From: an uncultured bacterium
GTDB lineage: Bacteria > Margulisbacteria > WOR-1 > CAVSGV01
Direction of reading: 5' to 3'
Assembly (NCBI GenBank): GCA_963699255.1
Contig: OY969425.1
Span: 1,440,001 to 1,472,000 of the forward strand
DNA: 32,000 nucleotides
The notes under the pieces were generated by a model. That model saw nothing but the letters and a program-made list of their open reading frames with translations, was not told the origin of the DNA and ran no database searches. A program made the position numbers and the translations under genes. Positions 8,984 through 18,421 of the stretch are shown here, piece after piece. The stretch's first letter is position 1; each line of letters opens with the position of its first letter.

Positions 8984-10031
8984 TAAAATCAGCTGGGAAA
9001 ATTTTAAAAAGAGTAAAAATGTAAAGTTCCACGTTGACTGGAAGGGCTTTAGAGAGAAGATAAAGCTCCACGTTCACTGGAAGGATTTCAGGAAGAGCTT
9101 CAAGCTAAAGTTCAACATCGACTGGAAAGGCCTTAGAGAAAATAAAAAGTTAAAGATCAATATCGGCCTGGTTGTGATATTGATAGTATTTTTTGTGATC
9201 TTTCCGGACATTATCATTTCCGTGTACAGGGTCGGGCATCACGTGGAGAAGAAGCCTGAAGAGAAAAAGGCGGTCCATCTGGAGGTGCCCGTAGCATTGC
9301 CTAAGGCACCACCAAGGGCGCAGCGAATAAAGCAGAGAGCGAAGATCCGCGCGCCCAAAAAAGCTAATGTCAGGGTGGCGATAATACTTGATGATGCGGG
9401 AGGGAAGATCCCCGATTATCACGAGATATGTTCCATTAAGGAGCCTTTGACGATAAGCGTTATTCCGGACCTGCCGGACTCCAGAAATGTTGCAAAAGCC
9501 ATGTCGGACGCCGGATTCGAGGTAATGCTCCATCTTCCAATGGAATCCGTGAACGCGAATTACAGGAAATCGGGCGGCGGCATGATCTCCTGCTTCGACA
9601 GTGATGATGAGATAAGAAAGACAGTGCTTGACGACCTGGCAAGCGTGAAATGGGTCGTTGGGGTCAATAACCATATGGGATCAAAAGCTACTGCGGATGA
9701 AAGGGTAATGAATGCGGTCTTTAACGCTCTGAAAGGCAGGGGGCTTTTTTTTATCGACAGCAGAACATCGAGTAAATCCATCGCTTATAAACTGGCAAAG
9801 AGCTTCCATATTCCCTCAGCGGAGAACAACATATTTCTTGACAGTGAAACGGGTCAGACCTATATTGAGGCCAGCTTCAGGCGCCTGATCTCAATGGCAG
9901 GACAGAATGGCTCTGCGATCGGCATTGGGCATGTAACAAGACCGATGACAATATCGGTGCTTAAAAAACTTATGCCCGAATACGAAAAGGACGGCGTTGA
10001 TTTTGTTTATGCTTCAGAGCTTGTGAAATGA
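8967..10031 (+). CDS. YibQ-like divergent polysaccharide deacetylase family protein with N-terminal cytoplasmic repeats and one TM helix
   Basis: VRVAIILDDAGGKIPDYHEICSIKEPLTISVIPDLPDS...AGFEVMLHLPMES...GVNNHMGSKATADERVM...FFIDSRTS...GHVTRPMTI; synteny M23-CtpA-YibQ. Confidence 0.85.
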   Translation: MRFRFNKISWENFKKSKNVKFHVDWKGFREKIKLHVHWKDFRKSFKLKFNIDWKGLRENKKLKINIGLVVILIVFFVIFPDIIISVYRVGHHVEKKPEEKKAVHLEVPVALPKAPPRAQRIKQRAKIRAPKKANVRVAIILDDAGGKIPDYHEICSIKEPLTISVIPDLPDSRNVAKAMSDAGFEVMLHLPMESVNANYRKSGGGMISCFDSDDEIRKTVLDDLASVKWVVGVNNHMGSKATADERVMNAVFNALKGRGLFFIDSRTSSKSIAYKLAKSFHIPSAENNIFLDSETGQTYIEASFRRLISMAGQNGSAIGIGHVTRPMTISVLKKLMPEYEKDGVDFVYASELVK

Positions 10032-11035
10032 AAAAAACACTGCTGTTCGTTTTAATGTTATTTATTTTTTGCTCAGTGGGACTGGCAAAGGATGCTGACC
10101 AGGCTTCATATGTTATTGGTCCCGGGGACACGCTGGAGATCCACGCGTGGAACAAGGACAATCCGGATATCCTCGTTGTCAATCCTATTGCCATGACCCA
10201 GGGACAAACGGTAGTGTCCACCACTATCACATTCCAGGACATGCATTCCATTACGGTTTCGCGCGACGGGCGGATATATGTGCCTCTGGTAGGCGTTATA
10301 AAAGTGGAAGGATTATCGACGACAGACCTGGAGAACATGATAAAGAAGGGGCTGCGGTATTTCGCGCCGGACGCTTGGGTAACGATCCTGGTAAAGAACC
10401 CCAAGCCGGTAAGGGTATATGTGATGGGGCAGGTAGAGCATCCGGGCATGTACGGAATCCCCGACGGAAGACCGGAGGAATGCAGGCTGATAAATTTCAT
10501 TAATCTCGCCGGAGGATTCACGGCTTACGCCGAACTTAATCAGATATCCATCAAGGGGAACGGGACAATGGAGGTCGTTGATTTCTATAAGGTGGAAAAG
10601 GACGGCGACATAGGCCAGAACATCATTTTAAGGGACGGCGACACGGTCGTTGTCCCTCAAAAGTACAACCAGGTTTATGTGCTTGGTTATGTGGAAAGAC
10701 CCGGTCCCGTGAAATATATCGAAGGCGCCAATGTTTCCGACTATATCGGGAGCACCGGCGGCTTCACGAGATTCGCGGCAACGGACAACATCGGCATCAT
10801 CAGGGGCGATCCATCCAACCCGACCGTGATCAAGGTGCAGGTGAATAAATATCTTTCGTGGGACAGCAATTCACAGAGCCCGAAGATCCTTCCCGGCGAT
10901 GTCATATATGTTCCCCAATCATGGTTCGCGGATTGGGCTGACATGGCCGGCGTTCTCGTAGGCTTCAGGGACGCAAGGAATGCCACAAGGGACCTGATCT
11001 CTGCTCCCCAGTGGGATCCGAGCGTGAACAGGTGA
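10028..11035 (+). CDS. Polysaccharide export/SLBB domain protein (Wza-like)
   Basis: Signal peptide then YVIGPGDTLEIHAWNKDNPD...VSRDGRIYVPLVGVIKVEGLSTTDLENMIKKGLRYFAPDAWVTILVKNPKPVRVYVMGQVEHPGMYGIPDG. Confidence 0.9.
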   Translation: MKKTLLFVLMLFIFCSVGLAKDADQASYVIGPGDTLEIHAWNKDNPDILVVNPIAMTQGQTVVSTTITFQDMHSITVSRDGRIYVPLVGVIKVEGLSTTDLENMIKKGLRYFAPDAWVTILVKNPKPVRVYVMGQVEHPGMYGIPDGRPEECRLINFINLAGGFTAYAELNQISIKGNGTMEVVDFYKVEKDGDIGQNIILRDGDTVVVPQKYNQVYVLGYVERPGPVKYIEGANVSDYIGSTGGFTRFAATDNIGIIRGDPSNPTVIKVQVNKYLSWDSNSQSPKILPGDVIYVPQSWFADWADMAGVLVGFRDARNATRDLISAPQWDPSVNR

Positions 11036-11039
11036 TAAG

Positions 11040-11996
11040 ATGGAACAAGAGCTGAACCTGCTTGACTATTTTAAGGTCATCCTTAAGTGGAAGAAATTCA
11101 TCATATCTTTCACCGGGATCGTTGTGATCCTTACGGTGCTCGCCTGTCTTGTAATACCGTGGACTTACAGGGCGGAGACGACCCTGCTTGTGCCTTCACA
11201 AAACAGAGGGTTGGAAGGGCTGATGGCTTTATCCTCAATGATAGGGGGGTCGACGGTGAACATGCCGACGGATATCAGCCAGTCGATGCTGGGAAGGTCC
11301 ACGAATTTTATGGACATCCTGAAAAGTAAAACGATCGCCGGCATGATCATAGACGGCCTTAACCTGGATAAATACTACCGCGCCAAGAACAAAGAAAACC
11401 TTATTCCGGTGATCCAAAAAAAGCTGAAGGTCAGGGAGCAAAAAGGATTGCTAAAGATCTATGCCCAGGACAGGGATCCCCGGCTTGCGGCGGATATAGC
11501 CAATTATTCCGCTATAGTGCTCGATGAATTCAACAAGAAAGGCAACATTCAGTTCGCAAGAAGGTTAAAGAACTTTATCAGGGAACAGCTTGCGGCGGCA
11601 AAGATCGACCTTGACGATGCGGAGGAAAGACTTAAGAAATTTGATATCCAATCCCAGATGGTGAAGATGTCGGAAAAAGAACTGTTGTCCGCGCGGCTTC
11701 TGAGGGACGTAAAGGTAAAGGAAGCGATATATACGATGCTGATGCAGGAATATGAAAAATCAAAGATAGATGAAGCAAAAGAAGAGCTGTTCTTTGAGGT
11801 CCTTGATCCGGCGCAGCCCCCGAAGCAGCCTTATATCCCAAAACCGTTCCTGTATTCCATCACGGCCCTTATGCTCGGCGGATTATGCGCGACATTTCTT
11901 GCGTTCTTTTTTGAATATCTGGAGGGGCTTGGCATAAAGATCCCGCAGATCGATTATGAAAAGGAGATAAAATGGGCGACCCAAAGGAAACGTTAG
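11040..11996 (+). CDS. Wzz/chain-length determinant family protein
   Basis: LLDYFKVILKWKKFIISFTGIVVILTVLACLVIPWTYRAETTLLVP..., central coiled coil, C-terminal TM segment; no kinase domain. Confidence 0.85.
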   Translation: MEQELNLLDYFKVILKWKKFIISFTGIVVILTVLACLVIPWTYRAETTLLVPSQNRGLEGLMALSSMIGGSTVNMPTDISQSMLGRSTNFMDILKSKTIAGMIIDGLNLDKYYRAKNKENLIPVIQKKLKVREQKGLLKIYAQDRDPRLAADIANYSAIVLDEFNKKGNIQFARRLKNFIREQLAAAKIDLDDAEERLKKFDIQSQMVKMSEKELLSARLLRDVKVKEAIYTMLMQEYEKSKIDEAKEELFFEVLDPAQPPKQPYIPKPFLYSITALMLGGLCATFLAFFFEYLEGLGIKIPQIDYEKEIKWATQRKR

Positions 11997-13039
11997 ACAA
12001 TATCGAAACGATCAGCAAAATAGACAGTCTCGGAATGCTGGCTCTCGTGGAAAAGCTTCCCGGCATGATGGAGGAAGGCTGGGTGCTGTCCGAAGCGCTG
12101 GACATTCAGAAGACCGGCAAGATCAGCAATCTTGTGATATCCGGCATGGGCGGGTCTGCGATAAGCGGCGACATTGTTTCGCTTGTGTTGAGGAACAAGG
12201 TCGATTTTCCCGTCTTTGTTAACCGGAATTACGGCTGCCCGAAATTCGTCGGCGCGAACACGCTGTTCCTTGCCGTAAGCTATTCCGGCAATACCGAAGA
12301 AACGCTCTCGGCGTTCAAAGAGGCCCTCAAGAGAGGCGCCAGGATCATCTCCGTATCTTCCGGCGGAGAGCTGAAAGAACTTTCAAAAAAGAACAGCGTG
12401 CCGTTCATGGAGATCCCGAAGGGCCTGCCGCCGAGGTCGGCGCTGGGATATCTTCTTTCTTCCCTTCTCAACCTGCTTAGCAAATCCGGCGCCGGAACTT
12501 TCAGATCGGACATTGACGAAACCATAAAGCTGCTCAAGCAGCTCACAAGGAAATACGGGGTTTCGTGCGCGTCCAGGGAGAACGATGTGAAAAAGATGGC
12601 GATAAGGCTCAACGGGCAAACTCCCGTGATCCTTGTGAGCGATGGGACCACTTATGCCGCCGGGCTCAGATGGAAGACACAGCTTAATGAGAACAGCAAG
12701 ACGACCGCGGTGCTTTCGGTATTTCCGGAACTCGATCACAACGATATCGTCAATTTCTCGTTCCTGAAGCAGGGGGAGCACAAATTTTCTTTTGTTGTAT
12801 TAAGGGACGAGGGCGACCCGGAGAGGATGAAGAAGCGCATAGAGGTGACAAAATCCCTGATAAGCGGTAATGTGGGGGGTATTGCGGAGGTCTGGTCCCA
12901 GGGTGAATCTGTCCTTGCGAGGACGATGTCGCTTATTTTTTACGGGGATTATCTCTCAGTGTACCTTTCCGTACTCTCCGGCATTGACCCGACACCCGTT
13001 GAGATAATAGAAAAACTGAAAAAGGAGCTTTCAAGATGA
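11972..13039 (+). CDS. Bifunctional phosphoglucose/phosphomannose isomerase family protein
   Basis: LVISGMGGSAISGDIV, FLAVSYSGNTEETLSAF, SGGELKELSKKN..., FPELDHNDIVNF. Confidence 0.9.
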   Translation: MGDPKETLDNIETISKIDSLGMLALVEKLPGMMEEGWVLSEALDIQKTGKISNLVISGMGGSAISGDIVSLVLRNKVDFPVFVNRNYGCPKFVGANTLFLAVSYSGNTEETLSAFKEALKRGARIISVSSGGELKELSKKNSVPFMEIPKGLPPRSALGYLLSSLLNLLSKSGAGTFRSDIDETIKLLKQLTRKYGVSCASRENDVKKMAIRLNGQTPVILVSDGTTYAAGLRWKTQLNENSKTTAVLSVFPELDHNDIVNFSFLKQGEHKFSFVVLRDEGDPERMKKRIEVTKSLISGNVGGIAEVWSQGESVLARTMSLIFYGDYLSVYLSVLSGIDPTPVEIIEKLKKELSR

Positions 13040-14103
13040 AAGCCATCATCATCGCCGGAGGCATGGGGACAAGGCTCAGGCCGCTTACATATAATATACC
13101 AAAGGCCATAGTGCCTCTGGCCAACAAACCCTTTGTGTTCCACCAGATCGAACTTTTGAGGAAGTTCGGAGTGACCGAAGTGATACTGAACCTTCATTAT
13201 CTCTCCGACAACATCAAGAACATTTTTGATGACGGGAAAAAACTCGGGGTAAAGATCGACTTTTCGATCGAGGAAAAGCCTCTCGGGACCGCCGGAGCGG
13301 TAAAGAACGCCGAGAAATTCTTTGACACCGGCCCGATGATCGTTTTCAACGGCGATATACTGACCGATATAAACCTGGAGAAAATGATAAAATTCCACAA
13401 AGAAATGAAAGGGAAGGCAACTCTGGCGCTCACGAGGGTTGATGATCCGACCCCGTACGGGCTTATCATAACCGATGAAAAGCAGAGGGTCATTGAATTC
13501 CGCGAGAAACCAAGCTGGGAGCACGTTACGGCAAATACCATCAACGCCGGAATATACGTTGTCGACCCCTTGATCTTCAAGCTTGTGCCCAAAGGGAAAG
13601 AGTTTTCGTTCGAGAGGCAGCTTTATCCTGGGCTTTTAGAGCGCGGAGAAAAGATCTACGGATATATAACGGATGCTTACTGGATGGATATCGGCGATCC
13701 TGTTAAATACCTGAAAGCCCACCATGACATTTTAAGCGGTGATGTGATGGCGGTAATTCCCGGCAACAAGATCAGCGCCAATATCTGGCTTGAGAGCGAC
13801 GCGAACATAAGCGGCACGGCCAAGGTGAGGGGCCCCGCTCTTATCGGCAGCCACGCGCGGATCGCGGAGGAAGCGATCATCGATGAATTCGTAGTTCTGG
13901 GGGAAGGCGTAACGGTTGGCAGGGGGTCAAGGCTGAAGAATTGCGTTGTGCACCCAAGGTCCGTGATAGGAGAGAACGTCAAGATTGAAGGCAGCATAAT
14001 CGGAGCGAACTGCACGATCGAAGATTTTTCCTCCGTGACGGGCGCCACGCTGGCTGACGGCACCATCTTAAAGAAAGGCACAAGGATTGGAGGGAACCCA
14101 TGA
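13036..14103 (+). CDS. NDP-sugar (mannose-1-phosphate guanylyltransferase-like) pyrophosphorylase
   Basis: MKAIIIAGGMGTRLRPLTYNIPKAIVPLANKPFVFHQIELL..., left-handed beta-helix hexapeptides at the C-terminus. Confidence 0.9.
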   Translation: MKAIIIAGGMGTRLRPLTYNIPKAIVPLANKPFVFHQIELLRKFGVTEVILNLHYLSDNIKNIFDDGKKLGVKIDFSIEEKPLGTAGAVKNAEKFFDTGPMIVFNGDILTDINLEKMIKFHKEMKGKATLALTRVDDPTPYGLIITDEKQRVIEFREKPSWEHVTANTINAGIYVVDPLIFKLVPKGKEFSFERQLYPGLLERGEKIYGYITDAYWMDIGDPVKYLKAHHDILSGDVMAVIPGNKISANIWLESDANISGTAKVRGPALIGSHARIAEEAIIDEFVVLGEGVTVGRGSRLKNCVVHPRSVIGENVKIEGSIIGANCTIEDFSSVTGATLADGTILKKGTRIGGNP

Positions 14104-15389
14104 TAAGGATTTTTTCCGGCAGTGAAGTAGACAAGAAAGTGCGCAGCATCACGTCCAAGGAAATGTTCTTTGACAGGAAAAAAGAAGAACAGGTAAGGGC
14201 GATCATCGACGATGTCAGGACGGGCAAAGACGCGGCTTTAATAAAGTACACAGAAAAGTTCGACGGCGTAACTTTGAAGATGGACGACATACAGGTCACG
14301 TCCAAGGAGATAAACGACGCGTACAAGGCCGTCGGGGATGATTATTTAAAGACATTGAAGACGGCCATAAGGAACATCACCTCTTATCACAAGCGGCAGA
14401 AAGCGGACGAATGGTTCGAGACGCTTCCCGATGACGTGATCCTTGGAATGAGGAACGTTCCAATAGACAGCGTCGGGGTTTATGTCCCGTGCGGCACCGC
14501 TGCCTATCCTTCTTCAGTGCTGATGAACGTCATACCCGCGCGGGTCGCGGGCGTAAAAGAAATAGTAATGGTCACGCCGCCCGGAAAAGGCGGGAAGTGC
14601 GACCCTCACATCCTTGTCGCGGCCGCTGAGGTCGGGGTCGGGAACATATTCAAGGTCGGCGGATGCCAGGCCATAGCCGCGCTTGCTTTCGGCACGGAGA
14701 CGGTCCCGAAGGTCGACAAGATAGTAGGGCCGGGCAATATTTACGTGACCCTGGCAAAGAAGGCGGTTTTCGGTCAGGTAGGCATCGACAAACTTGCCGG
14801 ACCTTCCGATGTATTGATAATCGCAGATGAGGATTCCGAACCCGAATTCATTGCCGCGGACATGCTCTCGCAGGCGGAACACGACCCCGATTCAACGGCG
14901 ATCCTGGTCACGACCTCTATGCCGGTCGCCAGGAAAGTGCTCAGGGAAATTGCAGGGCAGATCAAGAAGCTTAAGAGGATCAAGATCATAAAGGCTTCGC
15001 TGGACAACAACGGCGCGATATTCGTTGTTGATAGCCTGAAAAAAGCCGTTGAAATATCGAACAAGATAGCGCCCGAGCATCTGGAGATACTTTCAAGCCC
15101 GCCGCAGAACCTGCTCGAAAGGATCAGGAACGCGGGAGCGGTATTCCTTGGACCTCATTCTCCGGTCGTGGTGGGGGATTACATGGCTGGACCGAACCAT
15201 GTTCTGCCCACATCGGGATCGGCGAGGTTCTCTTCTCCGCTTTCCGTTTATGATTTCATAAAAAAGCAGAGCATTGTCGGATACACGAAACCTGCCCTGC
15301 GCTCGATACTGGCGGATATTAAAGTGTTTGCTGAAGTGGAGGGACTTGACGCGCACGCGAGGTCCGCGGAGATAAGATTTAAGTCTTAG
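14100..15389 (+). CDS. hisD: Histidinol dehydrogenase
   Basis: VGVYVPCGTAAYPSSVLMNVIPARVAGV, VDKIVGPGNIYVTLAKK, GPSDVLIIADE, APEHLEI, NHVLPTSGSARFSSPLSVYDF. Confidence 0.96.
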   Translation: MIRIFSGSEVDKKVRSITSKEMFFDRKKEEQVRAIIDDVRTGKDAALIKYTEKFDGVTLKMDDIQVTSKEINDAYKAVGDDYLKTLKTAIRNITSYHKRQKADEWFETLPDDVILGMRNVPIDSVGVYVPCGTAAYPSSVLMNVIPARVAGVKEIVMVTPPGKGGKCDPHILVAAAEVGVGNIFKVGGCQAIAALAFGTETVPKVDKIVGPGNIYVTLAKKAVFGQVGIDKLAGPSDVLIIADEDSEPEFIAADMLSQAEHDPDSTAILVTTSMPVARKVLREIAGQIKKLKRIKIIKASLDNNGAIFVVDSLKKAVEISNKIAPEHLEILSSPPQNLLERIRNAGAVFLGPHSPVVVGDYMAGPNHVLPTSGSARFSSPLSVYDFIKKQSIVGYTKPALRSILADIKVFAEVEGLDAHARSAEIRFKS

Positions 15390-15432
15390 ATCGTAAAATT
15401 GAATACTAACGCCATGCGCGCGTACCTCATGT

Positions 15433-15464
15433 GTGGTTGCAATTTGCAACCACCTCGTTTTTTT
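15433..15464 (+). terminator. Rho-independent terminator-like hairpin downstream of hisD
   Basis: GTGGTTGCA-ATT-TGCAACCAC (9 bp) followed by CTCG and a run of 7 T. Confidence 0.55.
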
Positions 15465-15511
15465 CTTTAGCAATTTCTGACTTCTAGTTTCGGATCCCTT
15501 ATTTCCACACG

Positions 15512-16072
15512 CTACTTCACAAACCCCACATTATACTTCCTGGTTGACCGCTCGATGGTCAACTTGCGTATATCGCGTACCAATTCGCGGATGTTCGCGT
15601 CGTGCTTGAAGACGCGCTTCTCCAAAAGCTCGATCTTCTTCGCCAGTTCCTGGTTATTTGAGATCATATGATGGATTTTGACGAATGCCCGCATGATCGC
15701 GATATTTACCACGATCGACCTTTCGCTATTTAGCACCGATGAAAGCATGGCCACCCCCTGTTCGGTAAAAGCATAAGGAAGATGTCTTCTTCCTCCCCAA
15801 CTTGACATCGCAATTTGCGATATCAAGTTTGATCGCTTTGTGCCTGAACTTGATGTGCCAAAATGGCACTTCAAGTTATTGTATTCTTCAACAGTTATCT
15901 GAAACATAAAATCCTCAGGGAAACGGGCATTATTCCTCTTCACCTGCTCATTCAATCTGAAAGTTTGAACGCCATACAATTCCGCCAGGTCCCTATCAAG
16001 CATCACCCTTTTACCTCTTATTTGATATATCCTTTTTTCGATCGCCTCATATGGGACTAGAGCTTTGTTCAT
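15512..16072 (-). CDS. ORF6N domain-containing protein
   Basis: IEKRIYQIRGKRVMLDRDLAELYGVQTFRLNEQVKRNNARFPEDFMFQIT...SSWGGRRHLPYAFTEQGVAMLSSVLNSERSIVVNIAIMRAFVKI. Confidence 0.93.
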   Translation of the reverse strand: MNKALVPYEAIEKRIYQIRGKRVMLDRDLAELYGVQTFRLNEQVKRNNARFPEDFMFQITVEEYNNLKCHFGTSSSGTKRSNLISQIAMSSWGGRRHLPYAFTEQGVAMLSSVLNSERSIVVNIAIMRAFVKIHHMISNNQELAKKIELLEKRVFKHDANIRELVRDIRKLTIERSTRKYNVGFVK

Positions 16073-16329
16073 AGAACACCCCCGAACCGGTTATTAGAAA
16101 TTTTATTACCGTGTATTTTATTCGTGAGTATGGCAAAATTATGTAGTTATTTTCGACAAAAGCAGTAATTTCCAACAGCAGTTCTTGATATTTTTCCGAC
16201 TTCTTGCCTCTAATCTCTGATCTCTAACTTTTTCCTTCTTATTTCTTCCTTGTTCCTATTTTCCACTTTCCCCCCTCTACCACCTTGATTCTACCCTCAT
16301 CTTAAAATGTGTGGGGTTTGCCGGGATCT

Positions 16330-17271
16330 TTATATCGCTTTTTTACCGCCCAGAAGAAGGAAGAAGATGGCCATCCTTACCGCGACGCCGTTCGTCACCT
16401 GGTCGAGTATCACGTTGAACGGCCCGTCGGCTACTTCGCTGGAAAGCTCCACCCCCCGGTTGATCGGACCCGGATGCATTATAATGACGTCGGATCTGGC
16501 TTTTTTAAGGCGCTGGGCAGTGATGCCGTAAAGCTTTACGTATTCTTCGATCGACGGGAACAGCCCTTTTTGCTGGCGTTCCAGCTGGATCCTCAGGACA
16601 TTTATGAAATCCGCGTCCCTTATTTCCTCATCAAGGTCATAGGATGCCTTGACCCCCATTTTTTCGATCTCCGCAGGCATCAGCGTCGGCGGGGCCACCA
16701 CCGAGACTTTCGCCCCCAGCTTTGTCAGTCCCCATATGTTCGACCTGGCGACCCGGCTGTGCGCTATATCGCCGACGATCACGACTTTCTTCCCTTTAAG
16801 GGGGCCTTTCTTTTCCCGCATGGTGTAAATATCAAGCAGGCCCTGTGAAGGATGCTCGTTAGAGCCGTCGCCCGCGTTTATGATGGAGGCTTTCACGTTG
16901 TCATCCACAAGTGTGGCCGCCCCCGATGCCGAATGCCTGATGACAATGGCGTCAATCCCCATCACTTCGATATTTTTTACCGTATCGATCAGCGTTTCCC
17001 CTTTTACGGCGGAGCTGGAGGACATCGTCATTGACGTCGTGCTGGCGGAAAGCATTTTTGCCGCCATCTCGAAAGAAGTCCTTGTCCTGGTGGAGGGTTC
17101 ATAGAAAAGCAGGGCGATGGATTTTCCGTTAAGCGCAGGGACGCGCGGGATAGGCCTTTTCATGACTTCCGCCATTCCGCTCGCAGTATCCAGTATAAGG
17201 TTTATCTCTTCGGCGGTAAGGTTCTTTAACCCGAGGAGGCTTTTGCGGCTTAAGGTGATGTGTTTTGCCAT
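16330..17271 (-). CDS. pyrB: Aspartate carbamoyltransferase catalytic subunit
   Basis: GKSIALLFYEPSTRTRTSFEMAAKMLSA, VIRHSASGAA, NAGDGSNEHPSQGLLDIYTM, HPGPINRGVE. Confidence 0.95.
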   Translation of the reverse strand: MAKHITLSRKSLLGLKNLTAEEINLILDTASGMAEVMKRPIPRVPALNGKSIALLFYEPSTRTRTSFEMAAKMLSASTTSMTMSSSSAVKGETLIDTVKNIEVMGIDAIVIRHSASGAATLVDDNVKASIINAGDGSNEHPSQGLLDIYTMREKKGPLKGKKVVIVGDIAHSRVARSNIWGLTKLGAKVSVVAPPTLMPAEIEKMGVKASYDLDEEIRDADFINVLRIQLERQQKGLFPSIEEYVKLYGITAQRLKKARSDVIIMHPGPINRGVELSSEVADGPFNVILDQVTNGVAVRMAIFFLLLGGKKAI

Positions 17272-17362
17272 AACTAATTCCTTGGCCCCGAAGTTACGCT
17301 TCTCATACTTCAGGTTGCTTTTAAAACTGCGATATTATATCATAACTTTTCGGAGGATTCTC

Positions 17363-18421
17363 TTGGAAGAACAGAACAGCTCAAATATCTTAGGCAGCCT
17401 TCCCGATAGAATCAGGAATATAATATCGAACTCAGTCGCGGCCTTCCTTGTGTTGCTGCTTCTCCTTCTGATATATGTCGGTTACAGGTCAATAGCCGCG
17501 CGCTACGCGGGGGTGAGCGGGAGCTCATATATAATGGGGATCCTTTTTGAGATACGCGTGAACGGGGAGAATACAGGCGGACACGTGAAAGCCACGCTGG
17601 ATAGAGTGAGGGAAATAGCGAACCAGATAAATTATTTCGACGAAAAAAGCGAGGTATCCGCCATCAACAGCATGGCCGGCATATCGGCGGTGGCTGTGAG
17701 CCATGATATATTTGACCTGATAGACAAGGCCCTCAGGTTCTCCCGGCAGACGGGAGGAGCTTTTGACATAACCATAGGGCCGCTTGTCGACATATGGAAC
17801 TTCAACTCGAAGACCCATACGGATATACCCGCCGGCAATGAACTCATTTACGCGCAGCACCTTGTAAATTTCAACAATGTCCAGATAAATCCGTACAATG
17901 AGACGGTGAAGCTTCTTTATCCCGGGATGAAGATCGACCTTGGCGGGGTCGGGAAAGGTTATGCTATCTCAAAAGCCAGGGCAATGCTTGTCGGGAGAGG
18001 CGTTAAAAGCGCGATCATAAACGCGGGATCAAGCATCATGGTGATAGGCGATAACAAGGGAAAACCTTGGAAGATCGGTATAAAGGATCCCAGGCATCCG
18101 GATGAGGTCGTGGGGGTCGTAACGCTCACCGCCGGCCAGGCTTTGTCCACATCCGGAGATTATGAAAGATACTTCGAGCTGGGCGGCAAGAGATACCATC
18201 ATATACTTGATCCGGCCACAGGCATGCCCGCGGATCAGTGCAGGTCCGTGACCATCATCTCTGATGACGCGACGCAGGCTGACATGCTTTCCACGGCCGT
18301 TTTTGTCATGGGGCCAAAGCGAGGCATCGCCTTCGTGAACTCGCTAAAGAACGTTTATGCCGTCATAATCGATAAGGACGGCAACCTGATAACATCTCCG
18401 GGCCTCACACTGGAGAAATGA
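17363..18421 (+). CDS. FAD:protein FMN transferase, ApbE family (TTG start)
   Basis: GGAGG RBS at 17352-17356 before TTG 17363; INYFDEKSEVSAIN, GGAFDITIGPLVDIWNF, DLGGVGKGYAISKA, AIINAGSSIMVIGD, ALSTSGDYERYFELGGKRYHHILDPATGMPA. Confidence 0.9.
   Translation: MEEQNSSNILGSLPDRIRNIISNSVAAFLVLLLLLLIYVGYRSIAARYAGVSGSSYIMGILFEIRVNGENTGGHVKATLDRVREIANQINYFDEKSEVSAINSMAGISAVAVSHDIFDLIDKALRFSRQTGGAFDITIGPLVDIWNFNSKTHTDIPAGNELIYAQHLVNFNNVQINPYNETVKLLYPGMKIDLGGVGKGYAISKARAMLVGRGVKSAIINAGSSIMVIGDNKGKPWKIGIKDPRHPDEVVGVVTLTAGQALSTSGDYERYFELGGKRYHHILDPATGMPADQCRSVTIISDDATQADMLSTAVFVMGPKRGIAFVNSLKNVYAVIIDKDGNLITSPGLTLEK

Noticed and set aside
17315-17343. Promoter for the apbE-like gene (TTGCTT-17-TATCAT)
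   Set aside because: Weak match in an AT-rich divergent spacer; not strong enough to list as feature.
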